From Dehalococcoidia bacterium (GTDB taxonomy: Bacteria > Chloroflexota > Dehalococcoidia > Lucifugimonadales > UBA3495): DNA of 64,000 nucleotides. This document shows positions 1-8,788 of the stretch, piece after piece (the first letter of the stretch is position 1; each line of letters opens with the position of its first letter). The notes under the pieces are model-generated. The model saw nothing but the letters and a program-made list of their open reading frames with translations, was not told the origin of the DNA and did not search any database. The stretch is taken from positions 852,188 to 916,187 of the forward strand of contig OZ241919.1 of NCBI GenBank assembly GCA_965203835.1. Direction: 5' to 3'. The translations under genes and the position numbers were made by a program.

Positions 1-373
1 CGGCATGACCCCGGAGGGTGCCCACGCCCACGTCCGGTACATGCCCCACCGGAGAGGCTATGCCTTTGACGTAGTCATCGCAGACTCAGGCGCCGGCATC
101 CGGGCCACCATGACCGGCAACCCGGAAGTGCCCAAACCGGAGACCGACGCAGCCGCGATAGGCCTCGCCGTGCAGGAACTGGTCTCCGGCACCGGGACCC
201 CCACCAGGGGCATCGGCCTGTGGATGACTCTTACGGAGATGAGGAAACCCGGCCGCAAGCTGTGGATCCAATCAGGCTCTGGCCTGCTTACCATGTACGG
301 GACCGCCGAACCTCAGCTACGGGAAACGGAGCACCGGCAGGGCACCATGGTGAGACTCACCATTCCAACCTGA
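1..373 (+). CDS. GHKL/HATPase_c-like ATP-binding protein, C-terminal part (5' end outside window)
   Basis: The reading frame is open to the window edge. It has DSGAGI (G1-like) and GTGTPTRGIGLWM (G2-like) boxes of the histidine-kinase-like ATPase fold. Confidence 0.5.
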   Translation, partial: GMTPEGAHAHVRYMPHRRGYAFDVVIADSGAGIRATMTGNPEVPKPETDAAAIGLAVQELVSGTGTPTRGIGLWMTLTEMRKPGRKLWIQSGSGLLTMYGTAEPQLRETEHRQGTMVRLTIPT

Positions 374-495
374 GGGGACCTGAAACTACCAACCCGAGTG
401 GAATTAGAGACTCAACCAGTTAAGCATGGGCTCGGGGATTGCTACAGATGACCAATAATGGCCGATTTGGGGACGGCCCTTTCCTTTCAATCTTC

Positions 496-1182
496 TCAAT
501 CTTCGATCATATGTAAGAGCCTTCCTATCGCTTGTTGAGCGTCCTCAGCGTCTACCATTGCCGTCGGCGTGAGTTCGCGTTGGCTCATGTCGAGGGACCG
601 TATCCTGTGGACCAGTGCTGAGGCTGGTCTGGACTCTCCGTTGATCCTGACTGGCACTGCTACTGGAGATTCAGTGCTTCTGGTCCGGTATTCTAGGTCG
701 ACTACTACTGCCATGTAGTTCCCTGCGTTGTAGTCAAGGACAAGCAGGCCGTTGGTGCCTTCTTCTCGCCCTGCTTGACCAAGGTTCTCAAAGACTGTTC
801 CGCGTTGTATCAGGCGTGGTCCTTGCGGCGTTTCCAAGTGGCCGGGTGTTTGTTCCCTCCACAGCCTCCCCGTTATAGATGAAACAATGTCTTGCAATTC
901 TCGGCTTGATGCCCGTCCGATATACTCACCGAGTTTTTCCTGAAGAACTGATCTAATCTGTCTGGTGGATGCGTAGGATTCGCTTTCGTTCAGCCAGACG
1001 TGTTGTCTTCGGAATCTTTCGCGAGGTTCGGCCCTTGAGGTTGGGACGGTTATAGCAGTGGTGAGACTCCGGTTGAGGAGGCTATTACTGACGATGAGTG
1101 CTGGTCTGTTCCCTGAAAGTTCGGCCCCGGTTACAGGGCCGAAGTCGTGCCAGTGTATGTTTCCGCGCAGGACAGTTGCCAT
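496..1182 (-). CDS. PemK/MazF-family endoribonuclease toxin, double length with two tandem MazF-like domains
   Basis: The N-terminal half has RGNIHWHDFGPVTGAELSGNRPALIVSN...AITVPTS...TRQIRSV. The C-terminal half repeats the same element order in degenerate form (RGTVFENLGQAGREEGTNGLLVL...VAVPV...ALVHRIRSLDMSQREL). Confidence 0.7.
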   Translation of the reverse strand: MATVLRGNIHWHDFGPVTGAELSGNRPALIVSNSLLNRSLTTAITVPTSRAEPRERFRRQHVWLNESESYASTRQIRSVLQEKLGEYIGRASSRELQDIVSSITGRLWREQTPGHLETPQGPRLIQRGTVFENLGQAGREEGTNGLLVLDYNAGNYMAVVVDLEYRTRSTESPVAVPVRINGESRPASALVHRIRSLDMSQRELTPTAMVDAEDAQQAIGRLLHMIED

Positions 1183-1195
1183 GCTCTATCCTCGT

Positions 1196-1738
1196 TCATG
1201 TCAGGCTGGCGAACCTGCGGTCGCCCTCGTGTTCCTCCGCGGTTTGCTCGAAGTTCTCGAAGTCGGGTTTCGGCATTCTGCGATGGCCTTCTAGCATATA
1301 GGCTGTCATGGCCGTTTCGTACACTTCCAGCCATGCGTAACAGAATGTAATGAGATGGTCCGGTACGGTGGTTTGGCTTACCATGTGTCCTAGTGTTTCG
1401 CACTTCTCCTCGGTCAGCCATTTGTGGACTATGGTGAAAGGGTTGTCTTGGCTGTCCAGGCAATGTTTTGCCATTTCTTTCATCTGTCGTTTTGCAGAGG
1501 CGTCTATGAATGTTTCCACGACCCTGTTGACCTGTCGGAGATGCTCTTCGCTGAACTCCCAGTCCGGAGACTCCAAGAGTGAGAGCCGGTCGTCGGGGTT
1601 TGTTCCCAATAGGAGTTCTGTTCGGAGTCTGACAGCCTCCTTTGTGTCCCCCTTGGGGGTTGAAGATTCTTGGCTGTTACAGAATCTCTCGGCCCATGCA
1701 GTCGCGCTGGGGTTGTCAAGCAGCAATTCAGTGGTCAT
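1196..1738 (-). CDS. hypothetical protein, putative cognate partner/antitoxin of the tandem MazF
   Basis: 180-aa ORF ending 13 nt upstream of the MazF start on the same strand. It has an acidic C-terminal tail (PDFENFEQTAEEHEGD) and no domain I can recognise. Confidence 0.5.
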   Translation of the reverse strand: MTTELLLDNPSATAWAERFCNSQESSTPKGDTKEAVRLRTELLLGTNPDDRLSLLESPDWEFSEEHLRQVNRVVETFIDASAKRQMKEMAKHCLDSQDNPFTIVHKWLTEEKCETLGHMVSQTTVPDHLITFCYAWLEVYETAMTAYMLEGHRRMPKPDFENFEQTAEEHEGDRRFASLT

Positions 1739-1937
1739 CTGCGTTCCTCTGAGGCTTTTGTCTGGCTCGACGGTTCCAACTTTGGGTTGTCTCCGTTGAT
1801 TCCTCGCGGTAGTACTGTAAGCCTTGGTACTATTCTACACTTGTGGAGGCTTCAACACCCGCAGTCTCACCGAAATCCCTGACTTCGGCTCGTTACGAAT
1901 TAAGACGCGATTGCCCTGCCCCGCCACTCCTCTGCGG

Positions 1938-1966
1938 CTGAATCTTTCCTCATTACGGGGTATAAT
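1938..1966 (+). promoter_or_regulatory. candidate sigma70-like promoter (ctgaat-17-tataat) for the aromatic catabolic cluster
   Basis: Perfect TATAAT at 1961-1966 and a weak -35 at 1938-1943 with a 17-nt spacer, 48 nt upstream of the ATG at 2014. Confidence 0.35.
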
Positions 1967-2013
1967 CCTCTGCAACAACCTGCCTGTAAGTTTCATAAGT
2001 AAGGAGGCGCGCT

Positions 2014-3060
2014 ATGGGTGAAATTCTGGGCATTGGCATTACTCACTATCCGGGCCTGATTGCTCCCGACGAGGACCGCGCCTTCCCGTTGACGCGGACG
2101 CTGCTCAGCGATCGGATACCCGCGGAGGTCAAAGACCCCGCCACTTGGCCGGAGGCGATGCGCACCGAATACGGCGAAGACCAAGGCGTTGCCGCCGCCA
2201 GGGTGCACCGCGACCGGCTGGTTGCCGGCTTCCGTCAGCAAAGGGCGGAACTGGACGCCTTCAATCCGGACTTCGTCCTGATCTGGGGCGACGACCAGTA
2301 CGAGAACTTCAAGGAAGACATCATCCCTCCCTTCTGCGTGCTGGCCTATGACGACATCCAGTGCCAGCCGATGATGAACCGGGACGGCAGCCCCCGCCGC
2401 AACGTGTGGGACGAACCGGGGGACAAGGTCTTCCGGTACAGCGGCCACCCCGGCGCACGGGCCTTGGTTACGGGGCTGATCAACGAAGGGATCGACATGT
2501 CCTACGCCTACAAGCCGCTGCATGAAAAGGGCGGCTTGGGCCACGCCATCATCAACACGCTGCTCTACTTGGACTACGACCGAACGGGCTTCGACTATCC
2601 CGTGGTGCCCTTCCTGGTGAACTGCTACGGCAGCAAGGTGATCCGCAACCGGGGCGGCGCAGTCGAGTACGAAAAGGAGGACGACCCGCCCGGCCCTTCG
2701 CCCAAGCGGTGCATGGAGGTCGGCGCGGCCACTGTCCGCGTGTTGAGGGAAAGCCCCTGGCGGGTGGCTCTTATCGCCTCCTCCAGTTGGTCCCACGCTT
2801 TCCTGACCCAGAAGAACAACCTGCTGTGGCCTGACCACGAGTCGGACAGGGCACGTTTCGAGGAACTCAAGAAGGGTGACTACGCAGCTTGGCGCAACGT
2901 ATCCACTCCCGAAATAGAGGCCGCAGGACAGCAGGAGATGCTCAACTGGATGTGCCTTGCGGGCGCAATGGAAGAGCTGGACCGGAAGCCGGAGATACTC
3001 GATTACATCGAGACCTACGTGTTCAACTCCGAAAAATGCCTGGCGGTCTTCAAGCCTTAG
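2014..3060 (+). CDS. LigB-family (class III) extradiol ring-cleavage dioxygenase-like protein
   Basis: AAGGAGG RBS at 2001-2007. The N-terminus GIGITHYPG and the later ...GHAI...SSSWSHAF pattern resemble protocatechuate 4,5-dioxygenase-type enzymes. It sits next to Rieske oxygenase genes. Confidence 0.55.
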   Translation: MGEILGIGITHYPGLIAPDEDRAFPLTRTLLSDRIPAEVKDPATWPEAMRTEYGEDQGVAAARVHRDRLVAGFRQQRAELDAFNPDFVLIWGDDQYENFKEDIIPPFCVLAYDDIQCQPMMNRDGSPRRNVWDEPGDKVFRYSGHPGARALVTGLINEGIDMSYAYKPLHEKGGLGHAIINTLLYLDYDRTGFDYPVVPFLVNCYGSKVIRNRGGAVEYEKEDDPPGPSPKRCMEVGAATVRVLRESPWRVALIASSSWSHAFLTQKNNLLWPDHESDRARFEELKKGDYAAWRNVSTPEIEAAGQQEMLNWMCLAGAMEELDRKPEILDYIETYVFNSEKCLAVFKP

Positions 3061-3119
3061 AAGGGTATCTCGGTCTACCCCTATCCCTATGAATAACACA
3101 ACCACCGGTGAGTAAGCCG

Positions 3120-4043
3120 ATGGAACTCGGATTTATCGGAACCGGGACTATGGGGAACCCGATGGCCCGCTGCCTGATTGAGGCGGGCCATCGGTTGACC
3201 GTCCACGACATCCGCCGTGAGGCGGCAACCAACCTGTGCGAGTTGGGCGCCGACTGGGCGGACAGTCCCCGTGCCGTCGCCGCAGCCAGCCAGGTTGTAT
3301 TCACTTCCCTGCCCGGTCCCGCCGAAGTGGAGGAAACCGTCCTCAACCCCGAAACGGGCATCCTCTCCGGTCTAGCCCAAGGCGGCGCGTTCATCGACAT
3401 GACCACTAATTCCCCCAAGGTGTTCCGGCGGATTGCCGAAGCTTGCAAGTCTCGCGGAGTGGAAGTGTTGGACGCCCCGGTCAGCGGGCGCCCTCCGGGC
3501 ATGACCGTCATGGTCGGCGGGGATGCGGAGACCTTTGCCCGCTACCGTCCGTTGCTGGAAGCTATGGCGGGGAACATCTTTCACTTGGGCGACAACGGCG
3601 CGGGGTGCATCACCAAGCTGGTCACACAATATCTGGGATACTCCAACTTCATAACCGCCATCGAAGGGCTTATAATCGGCGCAAAGGCGGGCGTGGACGT
3701 CGGCCTGTTGTCCCAGGTCGTCCCGGTAAGCGCCGGGGCCAGCCGGGTGTTCGACAACATCCCCCGCTCGGTCCTCAGCGGGACCTTCATATCCGGCGGG
3801 ACGCTGGACATCGTCGCCAAGGACCTGCACTTGGCCTGCGAGTTGGCCGACGATGTGGAGGCCCCCGCCGTGACCGGCACAGTCGCCGACGAAGTATTCA
3901 GGCGGGCGCAGGAACTGGGTTGGGGCCAGGACGGTTTCGCCAAGGCCGCCCGCGTTCTGGAGGAGATCGCCGGGGTGGAGTTGCGGGCCGAGGCGCCTGA
4001 CCAGTCCACTTCCTACCAGCAGCAGGACCCCAGGCGTGGATAG
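3120..4043 (+). CDS. NAD(P)-dependent oxidoreductase, 3-hydroxyisobutyrate/6-phosphogluconate dehydrogenase-like
   Basis: Rossmann motif LGFIGTGTMGNPMA at the N-terminus and family-typical length. An alternative GTG start lies at 3108. Confidence 0.7.
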   Translation: MELGFIGTGTMGNPMARCLIEAGHRLTVHDIRREAATNLCELGADWADSPRAVAAASQVVFTSLPGPAEVEETVLNPETGILSGLAQGGAFIDMTTNSPKVFRRIAEACKSRGVEVLDAPVSGRPPGMTVMVGGDAETFARYRPLLEAMAGNIFHLGDNGAGCITKLVTQYLGYSNFITAIEGLIIGAKAGVDVGLLSQVVPVSAGASRVFDNIPRSVLSGTFISGGTLDIVAKDLHLACELADDVEAPAVTGTVADEVFRRAQELGWGQDGFAKAARVLEEIAGVELRAEAPDQSTSYQQQDPRRG

Positions 4044-4068
4044 ATAGAATCGTTCCAGGAGGACACTC

Positions 4069-5424
4069 ATGGTCGTAACCTCCAATGTCAGCGGCTCCTT
4101 GGTCGACATAGACACGGGCTTGATAAGCCGTGAAATCTTCGTAAACGACGAGATATACCGGCAGGAACAGGAGCAGATATTCGCCCGCGCTTGGTTGATG
4201 GTTGGGCACGAGGCCCAAGTCCCCAAGCCCGGCGACTACTTCATATCGTCCATGGGCGAAGAGTCGGTGATACTCTGTCGCGACCGGGAGGGAGAGGTCC
4301 ATGTGTTCCTGAACTCCTGTATGCACCGCGGTATGAAGGTATGCCGCTATGACGAGGGAAACACCCCCGTCTTTACCTGCCCCTACCACGGGTGGAGCTA
4401 CGCCACCGACGGCAAACTGGTTGGGGTGCCCTTCTTCAAGGACGCCTACCGGCAGGAATTGGACAAGTCCAAGTGGGGGCTTGTCGAAGTACCCAGGATG
4501 TTCAACTACAAGGGCACCATCTGGGCGACCTGGGACGAATCGGCGCCGTCTTTCTTTGACTACATTGGCGGCTTCAGGCTCTATCTCGACCTGCTGCTGG
4601 ACAGTTGGGACGGCGAAGAGGGCGGGACCGAGGTATTCGGCGGCGTGGAGAAATGGCTGGTGCCCTGCAACTGGAAGTTCCCGGCGGAGAACTTCGTCGG
4701 CGACCGCTACCACAACATAAGCCACCGTTCCGTGGACATTGTGGGCATCGGCCCCAGCGGGTCGGGACGCCGCGACCTCGGCGAAAGGGCCAACTCCAAA
4801 CTGCTGGACGTCTCCTTCCCGGAGCGCGGTCACGGCACCGTGATGGCCCTGCGCCCCATGGACGCGCCCATACCCCAAGCCTACGGTGACCTGCCGATTC
4901 TGGCCGAATACTTCCAGTGGTGCGAGGCGGAGAAGAAACGGAAGGTAGGCGACCTGTGGCGTCTGCTGGGAGGGCCGGGCACGGTGTTCCCCAACATGTC
5001 CTACCTGCCGCGCCAGCCCCGGAGCATCGCCGTGTGGCACCCCAGGGGCGTGAACAAGACGGAAGTGTGGCGCTGGTTCCTGGTGGACGCCAAGGCTCCG
5101 CCAGAGGTGAAGGACTACCTGCGCCAGTATTACATCCGCTACTCCGGGCCCGGCGGCCTCACGGAACAGGACGACATGGAAAACTGGAACTACGCCCACG
5201 CCGCCAGCAGCGGCGTGGTGGCCCGGCGTTTCCCCTACAACTACGAGATGGGCCTCGGCCAAGGCGATCCCGACTTCGAAGACAACGGGCTGAAGTTGCC
5301 CGGGCTCATCTTTGACACGACCAACGCCAAGGCCGCGGAGCAGAACCAGCGGGGATTTTACCGGCGGTGGGCCGAGTTCATGGAGGCCGACTGCTGGGAC
5401 AAGTTGACCACTTGGGAAAGTTGA
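4069..5424 (+). CDS. Rieske aromatic ring-hydroxylating oxygenase, alpha subunit
   Basis: Rieske motif CMHRG...CPYHGW, a catalytic-domain-sized C-terminus, and a GGAGG RBS. Confidence 0.85.
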   Translation: MVVTSNVSGSLVDIDTGLISREIFVNDEIYRQEQEQIFARAWLMVGHEAQVPKPGDYFISSMGEESVILCRDREGEVHVFLNSCMHRGMKVCRYDEGNTPVFTCPYHGWSYATDGKLVGVPFFKDAYRQELDKSKWGLVEVPRMFNYKGTIWATWDESAPSFFDYIGGFRLYLDLLLDSWDGEEGGTEVFGGVEKWLVPCNWKFPAENFVGDRYHNISHRSVDIVGIGPSGSGRRDLGERANSKLLDVSFPERGHGTVMALRPMDAPIPQAYGDLPILAEYFQWCEAEKKRKVGDLWRLLGGPGTVFPNMSYLPRQPRSIAVWHPRGVNKTEVWRWFLVDAKAPPEVKDYLRQYYIRYSGPGGLTEQDDMENWNYAHAASSGVVARRFPYNYEMGLGQGDPDFEDNGLKLPGLIFDTTNAKAAEQNQRGFYRRWAEFMEADCWDKLTTWES

Positions 5425-5426
5425 AC

Positions 5427-5972
5427 ATGGCCTACTCCGACCAGAGCGTCGCCCGCCTGATACTGAAGGACGAGATCGAGCAGTTCCTCTTCGCCGAGGC
5501 GGAGTTGCTCGACGCCCGGGAATACGAGGAATGGCTCTCCCTGCTCGACGACGACATCCGCTACTGGATGCCCATGCGCCGGAACGTAAAATTCGGTGAA
5601 CTGGAACGGGAGTATACCCGCGAGGGCCAGGACATCTCTTGGTTCGACGAGGGGAAGGACACCCTCACCCGGCGGGTGAACCAGATACTCACCGGCGTCC
5701 ACTGGGCCGAGGAACCCCTGTCCCGGATATGCCACATCGTTTCCAACGTGCAAATCCTCGACGCCTCCCCCTCCATGTCGGACCCCGAGGACGTTTCGAT
5801 AAGGTGCCGGTTCATCATCTACCGCAACCGCATCGAGACCGAGACCGACTTCCTGGTCGGCAAGCGGGAGGAGACGCTGCGAAAGCGCAACGGTGAATGG
5901 AAAATCGCCAGGAGGAAAATCGTACTGGACCAGAACGTGCTATTAGCCAAGAACCTGACCTTTTTCTTCTGA
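5427..5972 (+). CDS. ring-hydroxylating oxygenase, beta subunit (SnoaL/NTF2-like)
   Basis: The ATG lies 2 nt after the alpha stop. Sequence FLFAEAELLDAREYEEWLSLLDDDIRYWMP is typical of beta subunits. Confidence 0.8.
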   Translation: MAYSDQSVARLILKDEIEQFLFAEAELLDAREYEEWLSLLDDDIRYWMPMRRNVKFGELEREYTREGQDISWFDEGKDTLTRRVNQILTGVHWAEEPLSRICHIVSNVQILDASPSMSDPEDVSIRCRFIIYRNRIETETDFLVGKREETLRKRNGEWKIARRKIVLDQNVLLAKNLTFFF

Positions 5973-5973
5973 A

Positions 5974-6180
5974 ATGAGTGAAGTAATCAACATCAGGCTG
6001 ATTCAACCGGGCAGCAAAGTCCGTCTGGCAGACGGCTCCACCGGAGAGGTCGTCACCAACTTCCAGGACGGCGTCTGGATATCCGTCAATTACATCTCGT
6101 CGCCCAACGACCCGTCGCTGGAAGGGACGGAGGAAATGGTGTTCGCCCAGGACATCGTGGAACTCCTGGAAACGCCTTGA
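5974..6180 (+). CDS. small hypothetical protein (68 aa)
   Basis: Starts 1 nt after the beta-subunit stop, so it looks translationally coupled. No recognisable domain. Confidence 0.4.
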   Translation: MSEVINIRLIQPGSKVRLADGSTGEVVTNFQDGVWISVNYISSPNDPSLEGTEEMVFAQDIVELLETP

Positions 6181-6215
6181 CCCGCGCCGACCGTTCCACT
6201 GCCCATGAACGCTTT

Positions 6216-6422
6216 ATGACATCGCCGTCTCAAGATGTACTCCGGCAGGCATTCGCCGCCGGCTTCGAGTCCATCGACGCCGGAGACACCTTCTACGTGG
6301 GGTTCGATGCCTACCTGATACTCACCGGCTACATCAAGCGCAACGACATCCCATGCACATGCTCCGACAACGGCGCCCACGGCCACCTGCCCGAATGCCG
6401 CTGGGTGAAGACGGGGGAGTAG
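6216..6422 (+). CDS. small hypothetical Cys/His-rich protein (68 aa from the ATG)
   Basis: ORF in the same operon with motif CTCSDNGAHGHLPEC. The track start at 6177 is TTG; I prefer the ATG at 6216. Confidence 0.35.
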   Translation: MTSPSQDVLRQAFAAGFESIDAGDTFYVGFDAYLILTGYIKRNDIPCTCSDNGAHGHLPECRWVKTGE

Positions 6423-6454
6423 CCAACCTTGGCATCTCCGGCCGTCCCCACCCC

Positions 6455-6506
6455 CGTCACCCCCGCGCAGGAACGTCACCCCCGCGCAGGCGGGGGCGGG
6501 AATCCC
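6455..6506 (+). repeat. REP-like palindromic element, variant copy
   Basis: cgtcacccccgcgcag occurs twice, followed by gcgggggcgggaatcc. It is intergenic and contains the hairpin cccccgc-gcag-gcggggg. Confidence 0.7.
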
Positions 6507-6523
6507 GGACTAAGGGAGAAGAC

Positions 6524-6952
6524 ATGATCCAATTGACCGACGAGATGCAGGAAGGCATCAACAACGCCAGGACCAGCGGCAACCCCTGTATCGTCACCAC
6601 CGCCTCAAAGGACGGGACCCCCGACGCCGGTTACATCGGCACCATGATGGCCTTGACCGGGTCTTCCTTGGCCTACAAGAACCGCACCAGCGCCACGTCA
6701 CTGGTGCAGCCCGAAGAGAACCCAAAGGTCATAGTAATCTACCGCAACTCCGTCACCGGCCAGGGCTGGAAGTTTCGCTGCACCGCCTCCACCCACCGGG
6801 ACGGCCCGGACTTCGACGAAGTAGACCGACGGCTCTCACCCACGGGCGGCGACCAAGCCCATACGGGCGATGTGATCGTCCTCCAAATTGACCAGGTCCT
6901 GACCCTCTTCGGAGAAGTGCTCCAGGAGCGAGAGCCGGGCCTGACGTGGTGA
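6524..6952 (+). CDS. pyridoxamine 5'-phosphate oxidase (PPOX)-family / F420-binding split-barrel protein
   Basis: GGGAGAAG RBS. Sequence NNARTSGNPCIVTTASKDGTPDAGYIGTMM and the 142-aa size are typical of the family. Confidence 0.6.
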   Translation: MIQLTDEMQEGINNARTSGNPCIVTTASKDGTPDAGYIGTMMALTGSSLAYKNRTSATSLVQPEENPKVIVIYRNSVTGQGWKFRCTASTHRDGPDFDEVDRRLSPTGGDQAHTGDVIVLQIDQVLTLFGEVLQEREPGLTW

Positions 6953-7036
6953 CCCGGTCCCAAGGTCAATCCCGAAAGTCGTATAATGGGCGACAATCCG
7001 CAGGCGGACAATCCCGCACTTCTTAAGGAGGCTACC

Positions 7037-8725
7037 ATGACAACCGAGAAACTTGACGGCGGCGAGGCCGTACTGGAAGCTTTCCGCAACTTGGGGGTGG
7101 ACTACATCATCTCGTCGCCGGGTTCCGAGTGGCCTTCCGTGTGGGAAGCCCTGGCCCGTCAGAAGACCAACGAGATAGACGGCCCTCGCTACATAGACTG
7201 CTGGCACGAGACCCTGGCCGTCACCATGGCCATGGGCTACACCAGGGTAACGGGACGGATGCAGGCGGTGTTGCTCCACGCTGGCGTCGGCTTGCTCCAA
7301 GGGTCGCTGGGAATCCACGGCGCCTACTTGGCCGAAATTCCGATGGTGGTGTGTTCCGGCGAGTCCATCACCTACGGAGAAGACCCGGAATTCGACCCCG
7401 GCGCCCAGTGGTACCGCAACCTCAGCGTCGTCGGCGGGCCCAACCGCTTGGTGGACCCCTTCGTCAAGTGGAGCAGCCACGTCACCAGCCCCCATACCCT
7501 TTACGAGACCGTCAGCCGGGCGGGGGAAATGGCCCAGCGGGTGCCCAAGGGACCAACCTACCTGGACATACCCATCGAGGTCATGCGCCCCGAGTGGGTG
7601 CCACCGGCCAGGATGACCAAGCCGCCGGCCGCCCCGAAGGTGTACCCCAATGCCTCCGAGGTCCAACGGGTCGCCGAGATGATTTCCCGGTCCAACCACC
7701 CGGTCATCGTGGCCGAGGGCTGCGGCCAGGATGTTGACGCCTTCCACAACCTGGTCCTCCTGGCAGAGCGGTTCGGCATCCCCGTGGTGGAAGTGGCCCC
7801 CAACTACGCCAATTTCCCCAAGGACCACTCCCTGTACATGGGGTCTGACCTCAGCCGGTTCATGTCGACTTCCGACCTCTTCCTGCTGGTGGGCAGCCGC
7901 ACTCCCTGGTACCCGCCCACGCAAGGCCCGACACAGGGCGATGTGGTGGTCATCGACGAAAACCCCATCAAGGAGCACTTGGTGTACCAGGCCCTGAAGG
8001 CCGACGTGTACTTGGAGGGCGACGTAGCTTCCACCTTGGACATGCTGCTTGACGCCACCGAATCCGGCTCGGACAAGGCGAACGACCGCCGTTCCTACTG
8101 GAGCGCGGAACACGCCAAGCTACAGGACAGCGCTGATTCGTTGGTGGAACGCGTTAAGGACGACAGCCCCATCGACCCGGCCTGGCTGTGCGCCGCATTG
8201 AGCGAGGTCATGCCCAATGACACGGTCTACGTGGAGGAGACCATCACCCACCGCGGGGCAATTTTCAGGCACTTGGGCTGGAACAAGCCCCAGAGCTACT
8301 TCCACCCCAACGGCGGTCTGGGCCAGGGTCTTGGCATGGCCTTGGGCGTAAAGCTGGCCAAGCCCCAGCAGCCGGTGGTTGCCCTGATGGGAGACGGCTG
8401 CTTCCTCTACAATCCTGTGACCCAGAGCTTTGGCGTGTCCGCCGCCGAGAACATCCCGATAATGATAGTGGTGTTCAACAACGGCAAATACGCGGCGATG
8501 CAAAGCTCGCACCTGCAATTCTTCCCCGACGGCGTCGCCGCCAGGACGGGCATCCACCACGGGGTAGACATCCCCGGCCCCAACTACGCCGAACTGGTAG
8601 CCCCCTTCGGCGGCCACGGCGAACGGGTTGAAGACCCGTCGGAACTCCAACCCGCCTTGGCCCGCGCCCTCACAGCCGTCAACCGCGGCCAACTAGCCTT
8701 GGTGGACGTGGTTTTGTCGCGGTAG
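7037..8725 (+). CDS. thiamine pyrophosphate-dependent enzyme (acetolactate synthase / benzoylformate decarboxylase-like)
   Basis: AAGGAGG RBS. N-terminus GGEAVLEAFRNLGVDYIISSPGSE and the TPP-binding region GLGQGLGMALG...GDGCFLYNP...NNG. Confidence 0.8.
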   Translation: MTTEKLDGGEAVLEAFRNLGVDYIISSPGSEWPSVWEALARQKTNEIDGPRYIDCWHETLAVTMAMGYTRVTGRMQAVLLHAGVGLLQGSLGIHGAYLAEIPMVVCSGESITYGEDPEFDPGAQWYRNLSVVGGPNRLVDPFVKWSSHVTSPHTLYETVSRAGEMAQRVPKGPTYLDIPIEVMRPEWVPPARMTKPPAAPKVYPNASEVQRVAEMISRSNHPVIVAEGCGQDVDAFHNLVLLAERFGIPVVEVAPNYANFPKDHSLYMGSDLSRFMSTSDLFLLVGSRTPWYPPTQGPTQGDVVVIDENPIKEHLVYQALKADVYLEGDVASTLDMLLDATESGSDKANDRRSYWSAEHAKLQDSADSLVERVKDDSPIDPAWLCAALSEVMPNDTVYVEETITHRGAIFRHLGWNKPQSYFHPNGGLGQGLGMALGVKLAKPQQPVVALMGDGCFLYNPVTQSFGVSAAENIPIMIVVFNNGKYAAMQSSHLQFFPDGVAARTGIHHGVDIPGPNYAELVAPFGGHGERVEDPSELQPALARALTAVNRGQLALVDVVLSR

Positions 8726-8756
8726 GCTCTGGACCGATAATCCCACGGCAACGAAA

Positions 8757-8785
8757 AGCCCCCGGCAGTAACCTTGCCGGGGGCT
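8757..8785 (+). terminator. GC-rich hairpin, bidirectional terminator candidate
   Basis: 11-bp stem agcccccggca/tgccgggggct with a 7-nt loop, an A-run before it and ttgtt after it. It lies between convergent genes. Confidence 0.6.
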
Positions 8786-8788
8786 TTG

